Below, in pieces: positions 30,101 to 38,799 of a stretch of DNA of 64,000 nucleotides (positions within the stretch are counted from its first letter, which is position 1; each line of letters begins with the position of its first letter). The stretch covers positions 20,122 through 84,121 of IMG/VR virus record IMGVR_UViG_3300008267_000019; one strand, given 5' to 3'. This stretch comes from a virus. The position numbers and the translations under genes are program-made. The notes below the pieces were generated by a model. It made no database searches, was not told where the DNA came from, and saw only the letters and a list, made by a program, of their open reading frames with translations.

Positions 30101-31632
30101 CACAATATTTAAAATATATTCCAATATCTTATTTAAAATCTTTAGGATTTGGCGAATACCTAGCTAATAGTCCATTTGATTTTGCTAGTACTTTTTTTGG
30201 TAATTTATCTACAGGAGGGCCTATATATACAATGCCTTCTGCATTTACTAGACAATATTTTCAAAATAATCCTAGTGCTACAAAGACTATAACTATGTCA
30301 GATATAGAAGGAGCACCTGATAAATTAGAAAATAGTTTTAAACTAAATAAAGAAGCTACTAAAAATAACTTTGTAGATATTATAGATCCTGCTACTGGAG
30401 ATCTTACACAAACACAAACTAAATTTATTAGCATCTATGCCCCTAAAGAAGTAAACAAATATGTTTTATATGAATTTGATGAAGTAGCTAGAGAATATAA
30501 GAAAATACCTGTACTATCTGATAAATACGACTTTGTAGCTTATAACTCAGAAAGAAGATTCTCTACACCTATAGAAAGTGGAGAAATAGTTACTACTACT
30601 CCTCCGCAATTAAACTTACCAGGATACGGCATTAACAGTATACCTGTAGAGCCTAGTAAAGAGTTTAACATTAATGTCGTAAATAATACTGCTAAACCTG
30701 CTACAGGAAATAGTTTAGCTATTTCTAAAGATTTATCAGGTACTAAAGAAGCTGTAGATGATTTATTTAATGTCTTAGAAACTGCGCCAGGTATATCTAA
30801 ACTTAATGCACAATTGATGGTGTTATTAAGAACTTTAGAACTTCCTAAAGGATTTAAAGTTGAGTACGCAAAGAAAGGTAAAACAATTAAAGGAGGTTAT
30901 AATTATAAAACAAATACCTTAACAATAAATACAGATATTTTTAACGAGTTATCTACTGATGAAATAGCTACTACTATAAATCATGAATTAATTCATGCAG
31001 TTACAGGAAAAGCTATTAAACTTTATGAAGCAGGAAAATTTGATGAACTTACTGATAAACAAATTGAAGTTATTCAAAGATTACAAGAAGTTCAAAAACA
31101 ATATATTGATTATTTAATAAGCACTGAAGGAACAAAAGGAATAGAAACTTTTGCTAAAGCTTATGCAGAATTTAAAGAGTTAGGTAAAAAAGGAAATTGG
31201 ACAGATGAGGAGCTTAGTAAGTACTATGGTGCTATAAAACTTTCTGAGTTTGTAACAATGGCTCTTACAGATTCTAAATTCCAAGAGCACTTAAATCAAA
31301 TACCTGGAGATAATAATAGAACTCTTTGGGAGCAAATTAAAGATTTACTTGCTAGTTTAGTTAATGCATTAGGATTAGATATTAAACCAGGTTCTGCTCT
31401 TGTAGTAGCAATAAAAGATTCTTTAGATTTAATTAATGTAAATCAAGAAATTTTTAAAGATCAGAAAGTTACTAATCAACCTACTCAACCATCTATTCAA
31501 ACTAATGAAAATATGTCTTTAGAAGATTGGGAAAATTATAGTAGTATTAATGATCTATTTGACGAATCTATTACAGAATCATTGATTAGTAGGGATAAAT
31601 ACGAAAACTATTTGTTAATTTGTGGAAAATAA
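27193..31632 (+). CDS. Virion RNA polymerase catalytic (beta'-like) half fused to a C-terminal zincin metallopeptidase
   Basis: GFRIPTQ and GSDFDVDKLY (DxDxD at 28000-28014); HELIH at 30982-30996 with a downstream SEFVTMAL glutamate helix. Confidence 0.88.
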   Translation: MACQYFVNGNWVTEEQFKEILNNGLLDNLIADNTVKLKNFKIDQSKVLSRETRRVERKTIPAAKLADILAKEIKSRQGYPSNLLSALELTEDGQDFKIPLWASPYAAKFESLLTSLVTNKVIKQKFAGMSGVLGSEEGFRIKQGDAAAGELKNSGIVFTKNFDPEKGLQPLRVDPETGKMLPAQIMLPFKFRDESGKILPLEDFLIKDESGKFILDTSKFPQKLLNLFGFRIPTQERNSMAAVEIVGFLPEASGDLILAPRDFTKQMGSDFDVDKLYTYMYNHFYDRNTGKIYTNFISNKEKLEKLIKIQKETIEDLKAEFKLNKEDRKLIDAYIKEKLEYTSENEEIPSELSQKASEIISKSLSEDLQNKLDAAFDSLSVLNRSYKSSRQNNILDVHLDIMTSNNPEVISSIIALDSFGEFEDLAADISKIRKAQGLISDPVTILSDSYQRKKFINATEGKNGVGAFSLDSTFNATAQGKDLLYVNMSDETYQDIINNNAPGSIAAKLLENNNPVTKFGDTVSMGDLSNEYTLRSQQLIIKAKAEKRELTKKEKQSLKFKSNIIRALQSTSVDNEKAQILDKLNINDNTFDAIRALVQLGFEEKDIVGLITQEIVWEYVSNLKEAGSSLMGYTPNMEQKVYEDLIKKYDKQERYNKLTVAQIEQFSSGSSEKLLENIANKKLQESNKETTTPDYNIEQLALLDKFRYLTEVGKDIKKLQSGINAFSKGLPKSLIEVQSKIKQISNLTTSKVYNADKLLGEINNEGILVNPTTLNGFASYYGTNFADKIFNNYFPYNIQGFKSVTQEVQAHMPQGADISVTRQAELQQEIFNNVKSFLYANSDTNLFGEDPDSERRRLFVDSKDNMSLATILSKLSSQEWFQKNGFLNKLSFDLNKNGKVSRIMFESATGENFDERDIYDGFNYLLSKNFPIKNPSSPDGTFNSIEYTSRMLAQELVAAAYLEGGTQGAAQYLKYIPISYLKSLGFGEYLANSPFDFASTFFGNLSTGGPIYTMPSAFTRQYFQNNPSATKTITMSDIEGAPDKLENSFKLNKEATKNNFVDIIDPATGDLTQTQTKFISIYAPKEVNKYVLYEFDEVAREYKKIPVLSDKYDFVAYNSERRFSTPIESGEIVTTTPPQLNLPGYGINSIPVEPSKEFNINVVNNTAKPATGNSLAISKDLSGTKEAVDDLFNVLETAPGISKLNAQLMVLLRTLELPKGFKVEYAKKGKTIKGGYNYKTNTLTINTDIFNELSTDEIATTINHELIHAVTGKAIKLYEAGKFDELTDKQIEVIQRLQEVQKQYIDYLISTEGTKGIETFAKAYAEFKELGKKGNWTDEELSKYYGAIKLSEFVTMALTDSKFQEHLNQIPGDNNRTLWEQIKDLLASLVNALGLDIKPGSALVVAIKDSLDLINVNQEIFKDQKVTNQPTQPSIQTNENMSLEDWENYSSINDLFDESITESLISRDKYENYLLICGK

Positions 31633-31638
31633 AATACG

Positions 31639-34600
31639 ATGGCAGAAGTCTGTGCAAATAAAAATAGTAAGGAATGGAAGATGCTAGTTTCTCAAACAGG
31701 AGAGACTTTAGCAAATCTTGCATTCATGGCAAATGGTAATCAAATTCCCGATGTTAAGCCTATTACAGAAATTAAAAAAGAAATAGGTTTTAAACCTTTA
31801 GTAGAAAACTTTGCAGGAATAGGTAATAAATTAAGAAAGTACAATCAAAAAAACGGAACGTCACATTATTTTATAAAAGAAAGAGCTTGGGGTAATACTT
31901 TTAGATTAACTCTAAAGTATAACTACTTACCTGTTAATATAGAAAGACAACGTCAAAGAATGGCTGCTAAAGGGGATCCTTTATATGTTATTAATGACTT
32001 TGATCCAAAAGCATTTAGTGATATTTATCCTAATGTACCTACTCCTCAAATTATAACACCTCCTACACAGCCAGGCAAACAGTTAGATATATTTTCTGAT
32101 GACATAGATGAGTTACTTACAGGATCAGAAACTAGAGTAACTGCTGTAGAGCAGAAAAGAAAACAAAAGATTAACACTGATATTATAAAACAACGTGAGC
32201 AATTAAAAAAAGCAGATACTCCAGAAGAAGTTAGAAGTATATATGCTAAATTAGAAAAACTACAAAAAAGTTTAGACTTAGCAGAAAAAAGAACTATTTT
32301 ATCTAGAAATATAGAAAGCTTTGAAGATGTAGAAAAGTTTGGTAAAGTACAATTAAAAGAAATAGAAACTTTACTTAAAAATCCTGCAATAAGTTATGAT
32401 GATGTTTATTATGCTCAAAGGATTCTTAATTTATGGACAAAAGCAGGAGATTTTTCTAGTAAATCTAATGAACATATTTTTTTAGATCCTGAAGAATTTG
32501 AATCTTCTGAAGATGTAACATTACCTGATGGTACTGTAGTACCTTCTGTACGTTCTAGATTTAGAGCTTTAGGAGCTAAGGCAGAAGATTTACAAAGTCA
32601 ACTTACTACTATTAGAGATCAATACGTTACAGATTTTGTAAATCAATATACTGATGGGGGATTAACTCAAGAAGAAGTTTTTAAGGCTATGAAAGATGTC
32701 CATAAGATGGCAACTTTAACTTTAAATCTATCTCGTCATGATGATGCAATGTTGCAAGCTATATTTCTTTCTGTAGAATCTGCTAATATAAAAGCACAGC
32801 AAGAAGTAGATGAAGTTTGGAAAAAGCTTGATAGCCTGACCCCAAAATTTTTAAGAAAAGCAGGCGGTAATTTTGAAATTTTAAAACAAAAAGATTCTTC
32901 TGGTAAAGAAACAGGAAGAATAGTACATAGATTTTCTGCAGACTTTTTTGACATTAGAAATAATCTAATGATGGAAGCTTTTTATAAAAAAGATCTTAAC
33001 ACAGGAGATTACAAAAAAAATCCTGCAGGAATAAAAAGCTACTATGATTGGATTAATAAAAATACTATTTCATTTGATCCAAGAATGTTATTTGAAGATA
33101 GCCTTCTTGAAGATGGTTCTATGCCTGAAGAGTTTTTATACAATAGAGTTAAATTTGATGAAGCTCAAAAGCAGGCTCATATTGCAGAATTAAAAGCACA
33201 GTTAGGCGAAAAAGGTTATAATTATTATCTCCAACAAATGGAGAAAAGAATTGAGAAATTTAAAGTTCGTAGAGAAGCTATATATGAAAGCATGCAATCA
33301 GAACCTGAATTATCTCAAGTAGAAAAAGATGCTTTATTTGAAAACTGGCTAAAAGAATATTCTCCTTATTGGGGAGTTGACATGGTAGAAAATCCTGCTC
33401 AAAGAGAAAAAGGCACTAGTACAGAAGGAAAAAAAGAATACTATTCTCCAAAAGGTTTAAGAGAATATGTAGAACAAGTTCCTAGAAAATTTGTAGATGG
33501 TAAAGAAACAGGATGGTACGATAAAAACTTTCAAAAAATAGAAGCAGATGAAGATCTATTAGCTTATCATACTTTTCTTAATGAAACTCTTAATACATTA
33601 AAATATACTTTACCTGATAATAAACAAGCAATACTAGGAGAAGGTGTATTACCTACTGTCCAAAAATCTTTAATGGATATTTTTAAAGAAAAAGGATTAA
33701 TGATGGGTGTTGTTCCTTTTTGGGACAAAATGAAAGAATTACAGACCACTACTGATTTATCTACTACAGTAACTACTGATGTAGATGATTTAACAGGAGA
33801 TAGAGAAAAAAATATTCAAATACAATTTTTAGAAGACCCTACTAATAAAATAAAAAATCTAGTTAGAGAGATGGCTATACGCCATAAACAGGAAACAGGA
33901 AAACCTGCTACTGCTGCAGACATGGCTAGATTTAAAAGAGAAGCACAAGATACTTTATCTAAACAAAAAAGTTGGGACGTTACTAAAGTACTTAAAGCAT
34001 GGTCTTTAACAGTATTAGCACACAAACATAAATCTTTTATAGAGCCTCAGATTAGATTAGCAGATCAAGCTTTTAAATCTAGAAAAGAAATAGTAACTAA
34101 TAAAGCAGGATTACCCCAAGAAAAAGATGGTCAACCTTTAAATGAAACAGGTTTAAATAACTTACAGTCCGCATTAGATTACTATTTAGATGTAGACATG
34201 TGGGGTATAGGCGGAAGAAAAGTAGAAGGTGTTACTAAAACTAAATTATATACTAAAGAAGAGCAAAAAAGAAAAAAAGAATTGGAAGCTTTATTAGTTT
34301 CTGAAGAAGATGAAGAAAACAAACAGTTTATTCAAAATCAAATTGATGCTTTAGGAGGATTTAGAACAGGTAGTGGTGTAGTAGATACAGTGCTTAAATA
34401 TCAAACCTTAAAAGGACTAGGGTGGAACTTATTTTCTGCAGCATCTAATATTGGATTTGGAGCAATTTCTAATATAATAGAAGGAGCTGACGGTAGAAAT
34501 TATTCTACAAAAGATTTGCGTAAAGCAATGTTACTTACTACTAATTCTATAGGAAGAAATCTATTTTTTAATACTTGGGAAGGTGTAAATTCTAATGCTG

Positions 34601-35763
34601 TTAAAATTAGAACATTAATGGATAAATGGGATTTAATGAAGACTTCTAATAATGAAACCTTCAATACTTCTCAAAAATCTTCAATGTCTAAATTAAAAAG
34701 ATTTGGACCATTTACTTTGCAAGAAAGATCGGAGTACTTAAACCAGGCTCCTATTATGATAGCAGTAATGATGTCAACAAATGAAGACGGTTCTCCAAGA
34801 TTTCCTGCAAAAGATGCAGAAGGAAATACTGTTACTATTTGGGATGCTTATGATGTTAGAACAGGTAGTTTAAAACCTGGATTTACAACTGATGTAGATG
34901 AAGTAAAAATGATTCAAAAAATAAAAAGAATCATTGAAATGAATCACGGTGATTACGCTAATCCTCTACAAATAAAATCTACTGCATTAGGAAGAGCAGC
35001 ATCCCAGTTTAGAACTTGGATGTTTGAAGGATTTGCTAGCCGTTTTGAATCAGAAAAAGTAGACTATGCTTTATCCTATGGTTTAGATGAACCTTATATA
35101 CGCAAAGGTCGTTACCGTAGTTATAGTAAAGGACAATTAGTTACTGCAGGAGCAACTTTAGGCACAACATTTTTACCAGGTATTGGTACTGCAATAGGTG
35201 CAGGAGCTGGTTATCTGGCAGGTAAATTTTTTGGAATGCAGACTAATGAATCTGTTATAGGAGATACATTGTTTACATTAAAACAATTATTAAGAAAATT
35301 AATTTTTAAACCTACACAATTCCAAGATAAATTTAATGCTACAGATGCTGCTAATATGCGTAAAAATATGACAGAGTTATATGTGTTATTAACATTAGCA
35401 GGTGTAGGACTATTACTATCAGGTCTTGCAGGAGATGATGATGACGAGGATGAAGCAATGGTAACTAATTTCTTGCTTAATCAAACTATTAGACTCCGTA
35501 CTGATGTAGGATTTTATACTAATCCTTTAGAATTTGAAAAACTTACTAAAACAGCTATTCCAATGGCAAGTTTAGTAGAAGAAGTAGCTACACTATTTGC
35601 CGATATAGGAAATTATTTTGGAGAAGATTCTAAAGAAAAGTCAATTTTTGAATCAGGACCGTTTAAAGGAAGACCTAAATTTTTAATACATGCAGGGCAA
35701 TTATTACCAGGAACTGCACAAGGTATTAGATTATACAAAAGTGGAACTAAAGTACTAGATTAA
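31639..35763 (+). CDS. Large virion cargo/ejection protein
   Basis: 1374 aa, helical, with C-terminal hydrophobic and Gly-rich segments and HGDY...QFRTW...GRYRS motifs; last gene of the + strand arm, as in crAss-like phages. Confidence 0.7.
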   Translation: MAEVCANKNSKEWKMLVSQTGETLANLAFMANGNQIPDVKPITEIKKEIGFKPLVENFAGIGNKLRKYNQKNGTSHYFIKERAWGNTFRLTLKYNYLPVNIERQRQRMAAKGDPLYVINDFDPKAFSDIYPNVPTPQIITPPTQPGKQLDIFSDDIDELLTGSETRVTAVEQKRKQKINTDIIKQREQLKKADTPEEVRSIYAKLEKLQKSLDLAEKRTILSRNIESFEDVEKFGKVQLKEIETLLKNPAISYDDVYYAQRILNLWTKAGDFSSKSNEHIFLDPEEFESSEDVTLPDGTVVPSVRSRFRALGAKAEDLQSQLTTIRDQYVTDFVNQYTDGGLTQEEVFKAMKDVHKMATLTLNLSRHDDAMLQAIFLSVESANIKAQQEVDEVWKKLDSLTPKFLRKAGGNFEILKQKDSSGKETGRIVHRFSADFFDIRNNLMMEAFYKKDLNTGDYKKNPAGIKSYYDWINKNTISFDPRMLFEDSLLEDGSMPEEFLYNRVKFDEAQKQAHIAELKAQLGEKGYNYYLQQMEKRIEKFKVRREAIYESMQSEPELSQVEKDALFENWLKEYSPYWGVDMVENPAQREKGTSTEGKKEYYSPKGLREYVEQVPRKFVDGKETGWYDKNFQKIEADEDLLAYHTFLNETLNTLKYTLPDNKQAILGEGVLPTVQKSLMDIFKEKGLMMGVVPFWDKMKELQTTTDLSTTVTTDVDDLTGDREKNIQIQFLEDPTNKIKNLVREMAIRHKQETGKPATAADMARFKREAQDTLSKQKSWDVTKVLKAWSLTVLAHKHKSFIEPQIRLADQAFKSRKEIVTNKAGLPQEKDGQPLNETGLNNLQSALDYYLDVDMWGIGGRKVEGVTKTKLYTKEEQKRKKELEALLVSEEDEENKQFIQNQIDALGGFRTGSGVVDTVLKYQTLKGLGWNLFSAASNIGFGAISNIIEGADGRNYSTKDLRKAMLLTTNSIGRNLFFNTWEGVNSNAVKIRTLMDKWDLMKTSNNETFNTSQKSSMSKLKRFGPFTLQERSEYLNQAPIMIAVMMSTNEDGSPRFPAKDAEGNTVTIWDAYDVRTGSLKPGFTTDVDEVKMIQKIKRIIEMNHGDYANPLQIKSTALGRAASQFRTWMFEGFASRFESEKVDYALSYGLDEPYIRKGRYRSYSKGQLVTAGATLGTTFLPGIGTAIGAGAGYLAGKFFGMQTNESVIGDTLFTLKQLLRKLIFKPTQFQDKFNATDAANMRKNMTELYVLLTLAGVGLLLSGLAGDDDDEDEAMVTNFLLNQTIRLRTDVGFYTNPLEFEKLTKTAIPMASLVEEVATLFADIGNYFGEDSKEKSIFESGPFKGRPKFLIHAGQLLPGTAQGIRLYKSGTKVLD

Positions 35764-35790
35764 AAAGAGCAGTATTAATTACTGCTCTTT
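35764..35790. terminator. Bidirectional intrinsic terminator between the convergent gene arms
   Basis: Perfect 11-bp inverted repeat AAAGAGCAGTA-ttaat-TACTGCTCTTT at the junction of the + and - arms. Confidence 0.75.
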
Positions 35791-36015
35791 ATGTAATCTT
35801 TCAAAAAGTTTTTCTGCACAATCTACAGCAAGATCGGCTAAAACATCAGTACGATGTTTAACATATTCAGGATTACTAAGCATTCCTTGCAAAGCTAACA
35901 TAGCACAATATTCAAACTTATTTAAGCCCATAAATCCTTCTAAATGATTAGGATTTTCTGTTACTACGCCTTTATCATCAACTATTGGATGTATCGGCAA
36001 TTCTTTTTGTTTCAT
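35779..36015 (-). CDS. Hypothetical phage protein
   Basis: 78 aa; GLNKFEY.A..ALQG.LSNP...A..AV..A..L pattern seen in many small phage proteins. Confidence 0.6.
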   Translation of the reverse strand: MKQKELPIHPIVDDKGVVTENPNHLEGFMGLNKFEYCAMLALQGMLSNPEYVKHRTDVLADLAVDCAEKLFERLHKEQ

Positions 36016-36373
36016 GGTATTGTTCTAATTCTTCGTCTGTTAACTCTTTTAACACACATCTGGAAAGATCTATCCCTGAGCGAGTTAAATTAGTTATCAA
36101 ATGTAGAATTTTTCCATCAGATTTTGCTATTTGTTCTCCAATAAATTCTATGCCCATCATAGTATTAGCAGCATTAATTTCATCAGTTTGCCAAATTAAA
36201 TCCCTGTTCTTGCTATTTTTTAAATTTAACGCATTAATAGCTTCTCTAACTTTTTGTTTTATATTACCTTGATCATACACAGTTCCTTCAAGTTCTAGTT
36301 GACAATTTAATACAACCTGCATAGCAGATAAAAGAATAATATATGTTATTGCTTCTTCACTAGGTTCTTCCAT
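35978..36373 (-). CDS. Hypothetical protein
   Basis: 131 aa ORF in a tightly packed - strand operon. Confidence 0.55.
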   Translation of the reverse strand: MEEPSEEAITYIILLSAMQVVLNCQLELEGTVYDQGNIKQKVREAINALNLKNSKNRDLIWQTDEINAANTMMGIEFIGEQIAKSDGKILHLITNLTRSGIDLSRCVLKELTDEELEQYHETKRIADTSNS

Positions 36374-36375
36374 AT

Positions 36376-36567
36376 TTAAATTTTATTTTGTCTTTTATAA
36401 TCCATAAAAAATCCTATAGCTACTATAATGTTCATACCAATAGAAGCTATTATTTCATATATATCGTCGTATACGTTTACACTAAGATGTATATGTCCTA
36501 CCATCCAAAATGGAATAGCAAGATTCTGAGAAATCCATATTATTAAAAATACTAGGAAGTTTCTCAT
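36376..36567 (-). CDS. Small membrane protein
   Basis: 63 aa with two hydrophobic segments. Confidence 0.55.
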   Translation of the reverse strand: MRNFLVFLIIWISQNLAIPFWMVGHIHLSVNVYDDIYEIIASIGMNIIVAIGFFMDYKRQNKI

Positions 36568-37016
36568 AGATCAGGTTCTTGAAACCTATGTGATTTTAAT
36601 ACTTTATTGTCAGACAAACGGTAAGTTATAAAATAGTCTCCTACTTTTTTAGAATATGTTTGTATATTTCGGTCTAAATACTTTTTATAAGTAATAGTTG
36701 CATCTTCTTCAGAGACATCTGCTTTTGACATATTAGACTCATAAATTTTAGAAATAACCTCATGCGGATCTATACCAAATTCCATCATAGCTCTAATAGT
36801 AACCCATAGTAAATCGCCTAAACCATCTTTAGTAGCTTTAAAGTCTTTATATCCTACTGCTTCTGCAGTTTCTAAAAACTCTTCGTCAATAAGATCTAAT
36901 GCTAATTTAGCCCTAGATACTTCAGGAAATTGCTCTTCTGTTAATACAGGCAATCCAAAAGTCTCACTCCAATGTTTGATCATTTCTACGATACCTTTTT
37001 CTGAATTTTTTTTCAT
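36564..37016 (-). CDS. MazG-like / all-alpha NTP pyrophosphohydrolase
   Basis: LIDEEFLE...DGLGDLLWV...ESNMSK motifs. Confidence 0.8.
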   Translation of the reverse strand: MKKNSEKGIVEMIKHWSETFGLPVLTEEQFPEVSRAKLALDLIDEEFLETAEAVGYKDFKATKDGLGDLLWVTIRAMMEFGIDPHEVISKIYESNMSKADVSEEDATITYKKYLDRNIQTYSKKVGDYFITYRLSDNKVLKSHRFQEPDL

Positions 37017-37311
37017 AATTTAAATAAAATTGTTTTTCATAATAATCTAAATCTTCCCAATTGTATACAGGAGTAGTTAACATTTCTTCTTCTGTAAAAT
37101 AACTAGAATCTTTATGCCCTAAGCAAGTTCTTTTTTTACTAGCTAATATTAAATATTGATCTATGACTTTAAATACTTTAGGAACTCCTACATTAAAAAT
37201 ATTAGCTATTTCTGCTGCAGATTTCCCATCTTCTATACATTTCCCTACAAATTTAATTTCTTCAGCAGAAAAATATGTAAACTTACCAGGAGAGTATTGC
37301 TTCTTTTCCAT
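36964..37311 (-). CDS. Helix-turn-helix protein
   Basis: GKSAAEIANIFNVGVPKVFKVI HTH pattern. Confidence 0.55.
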   Translation of the reverse strand: MEKKQYSPGKFTYFSAEEIKFVGKCIEDGKSAAEIANIFNVGVPKVFKVIDQYLILASKKRTCLGHKDSSYFTEEEMLTTPVYNWEDLDYYEKQFYLNYEKKFRKRYRRNDQTLE

Positions 37312-38011
37312 ATAAACTTTCTAATAATTTATCTACTTGTTTAAAATTAGGACACTGCCATTGTCTAAATGCTTTATTAGCTACCATAGGATGTTCCCAA
37401 GAAAATACATGATGATTAATAGAGAGTATCTCTGCATATTTATTAGCTTCTTTACCCCATAATAAAAATATAGTACCTGGTTTGTATTTTTCTATAACAT
37501 ATAATATACTACCAAAGAATTTTTTAAACTTTTCACGATGAGATTTAGGAGTATCTTTTCTTGCAACTAAGCTTCTGTTAAGCATTAGTATTCCTTGTTC
37601 TGCCCATCTTTCAAAAGTATTATCAAAGTCTAATCCTAAGTCATTATTATAGTCACTAACGCAGCGTCTTATAGCTTCAGCTGAAGAATTAGTATAGATA
37701 GAAGAAGTATCAGAAAATGCTAAAGGACCAAACCCTGTATACATTCCAGGTTCAGTAGATATTATTACTATTTTTAATTTATCCCAAGGACATAATTTAA
37801 AAGCTTTAAATACATCTTGTAATCTTTCAGGATACATATCAGATAATGCATAGTCTATATTTAAACTATTCATTAATTCTCCCATATAATCACTTTTTAA
37901 TAAAGGCTTTAAAACTTCTGTCCAGCTTTCTCCTAATTGGTCAGTCCAATATTTTTTTGTCCTCATTTTTTTTATTTTCTTCTTTCCAAAAATGATTACA
38001 AATTGCTTCAT
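37283..38011 (-). CDS. Divergent family-1 uracil-DNA glycosylase-like protein
   Basis: VFKAF..CP....K.VI, W..QGILMLN..L, FLLWG..A, HP and F..V...L......I.W follow UNG, but GQDPY is replaced by STEPG; true start is probably the internal MRTKKYW. Confidence 0.75.
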   Translation of the reverse strand: MKQFVIIFGKKKIKKMRTKKYWTDQLGESWTEVLKPLLKSDYMGELMNSLNIDYALSDMYPERLQDVFKAFKLCPWDKLKIVIISTEPGMYTGFGPLAFSDTSSIYTNSSAEAIRRCVSDYNNDLGLDFDNTFERWAEQGILMLNRSLVARKDTPKSHREKFKKFFGSILYVIEKYKPGTIFLLWGKEANKYAEILSINHHVFSWEHPMVANKAFRQWQCPNFKQVDKLLESLYGKEAILSW

Positions 38012-38138
38012 TTTTGTTCATTACATAAGGAGGTTCCATAAAATAAGCTTGTCTAAATTCATCAGGAGTAGCCGTAAATCTATAGCAAGAAAATCTTAAA
38101 GGACATTTATGTCCATCACACATTGTTATATCTGGCAT
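37941..38138 (-). CDS. Small Cys-rich protein (putative metal binding)
   Basis: MPDITMC....CP....CYRF...Q.YF...C..FW. Confidence 0.6.
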   Translation of the reverse strand: MPDITMCDGHKCPLRFSCYRFTATPDEFRQAYFMEPPYVMNKNEAICNHFWKEENKKNEDKKILD

Positions 38139-38163
38139 ATCGTAAAAATTAAGGAGGAGTTAA

Positions 38164-38799
38164 TTAAAACTCCTCCGATGGTATTAAATTAATTTTAGTA
38201 GGCAAAGATATTAATGTTTCTTTACTTAATGTCTCCTTATCTAGTTCTAATATTGGCCAAACTTCCTGATCATATAAAAACCCAGGAGAATAATAAGTTT
38301 CAGTTTTTAAGCTTAACCTTTCTTCCCAACTAATTTTTAATGCTTCAGCTTTATTTAATATTAAAGGCAAAGTATAAGGCTTACCGCTAAAGAAATGATT
38401 GCTTAGAATTAGTTTTTTAGCCTTTGCAGTAATCTTAGAATATGCGCCTATCATAATAAATTTAAAATCTATGATGTTATACTTAGGAATTTTCATTACA
38501 AAGATTAAGCATTCTCCTATACTATAATCATCTACATAATTTTCAAATGCAGTTATTGTAGAATAAAAAGAATCAAAATCTTTGTCTCGATAATCTCTTA
38601 CAGTAATAAACACATATTTATTATCTTCATCACTTTGATATTTAATAATATTAGCATCTTGCAAATAAGCATTTAAGAATCTATTAGTATATTTTACCCT
38701 GCCAAACATGTCAGTAATATTGCAGGTAAATAAATCTTTAGGAACTTCTAATAACGGAAAAATAAAAGTTGCTGTTTTTGTGAATTTCATACTACTCAT
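38164..38799 (-). CDS. Conserved crAss-like hypothetical protein
   Basis: 211 aa; FLNAY and G.YSK motifs; adjacent to the PD-(D/E)XK nuclease. Confidence 0.55.
   Translation of the reverse strand: MSSMKFTKTATFIFPLLEVPKDLFTCNITDMFGRVKYTNRFLNAYLQDANIIKYQSDEDNKYVFITVRDYRDKDFDSFYSTITAFENYVDDYSIGECLIFVMKIPKYNIIDFKFIMIGAYSKITAKAKKLILSNHFFSGKPYTLPLILNKAEALKISWEERLSLKTETYYSPGFLYDQEVWPILELDKETLSKETLISLPTKINLIPSEEF

Noticed and set aside
17904-34025. Numerous antisense ORFs within the giant + strand genes, and equivalent + strand ORFs within the - arm
   Set aside because: They are shadow frames of long, codon-biased genes, with S/L/F-rich low-information translations and no motifs.
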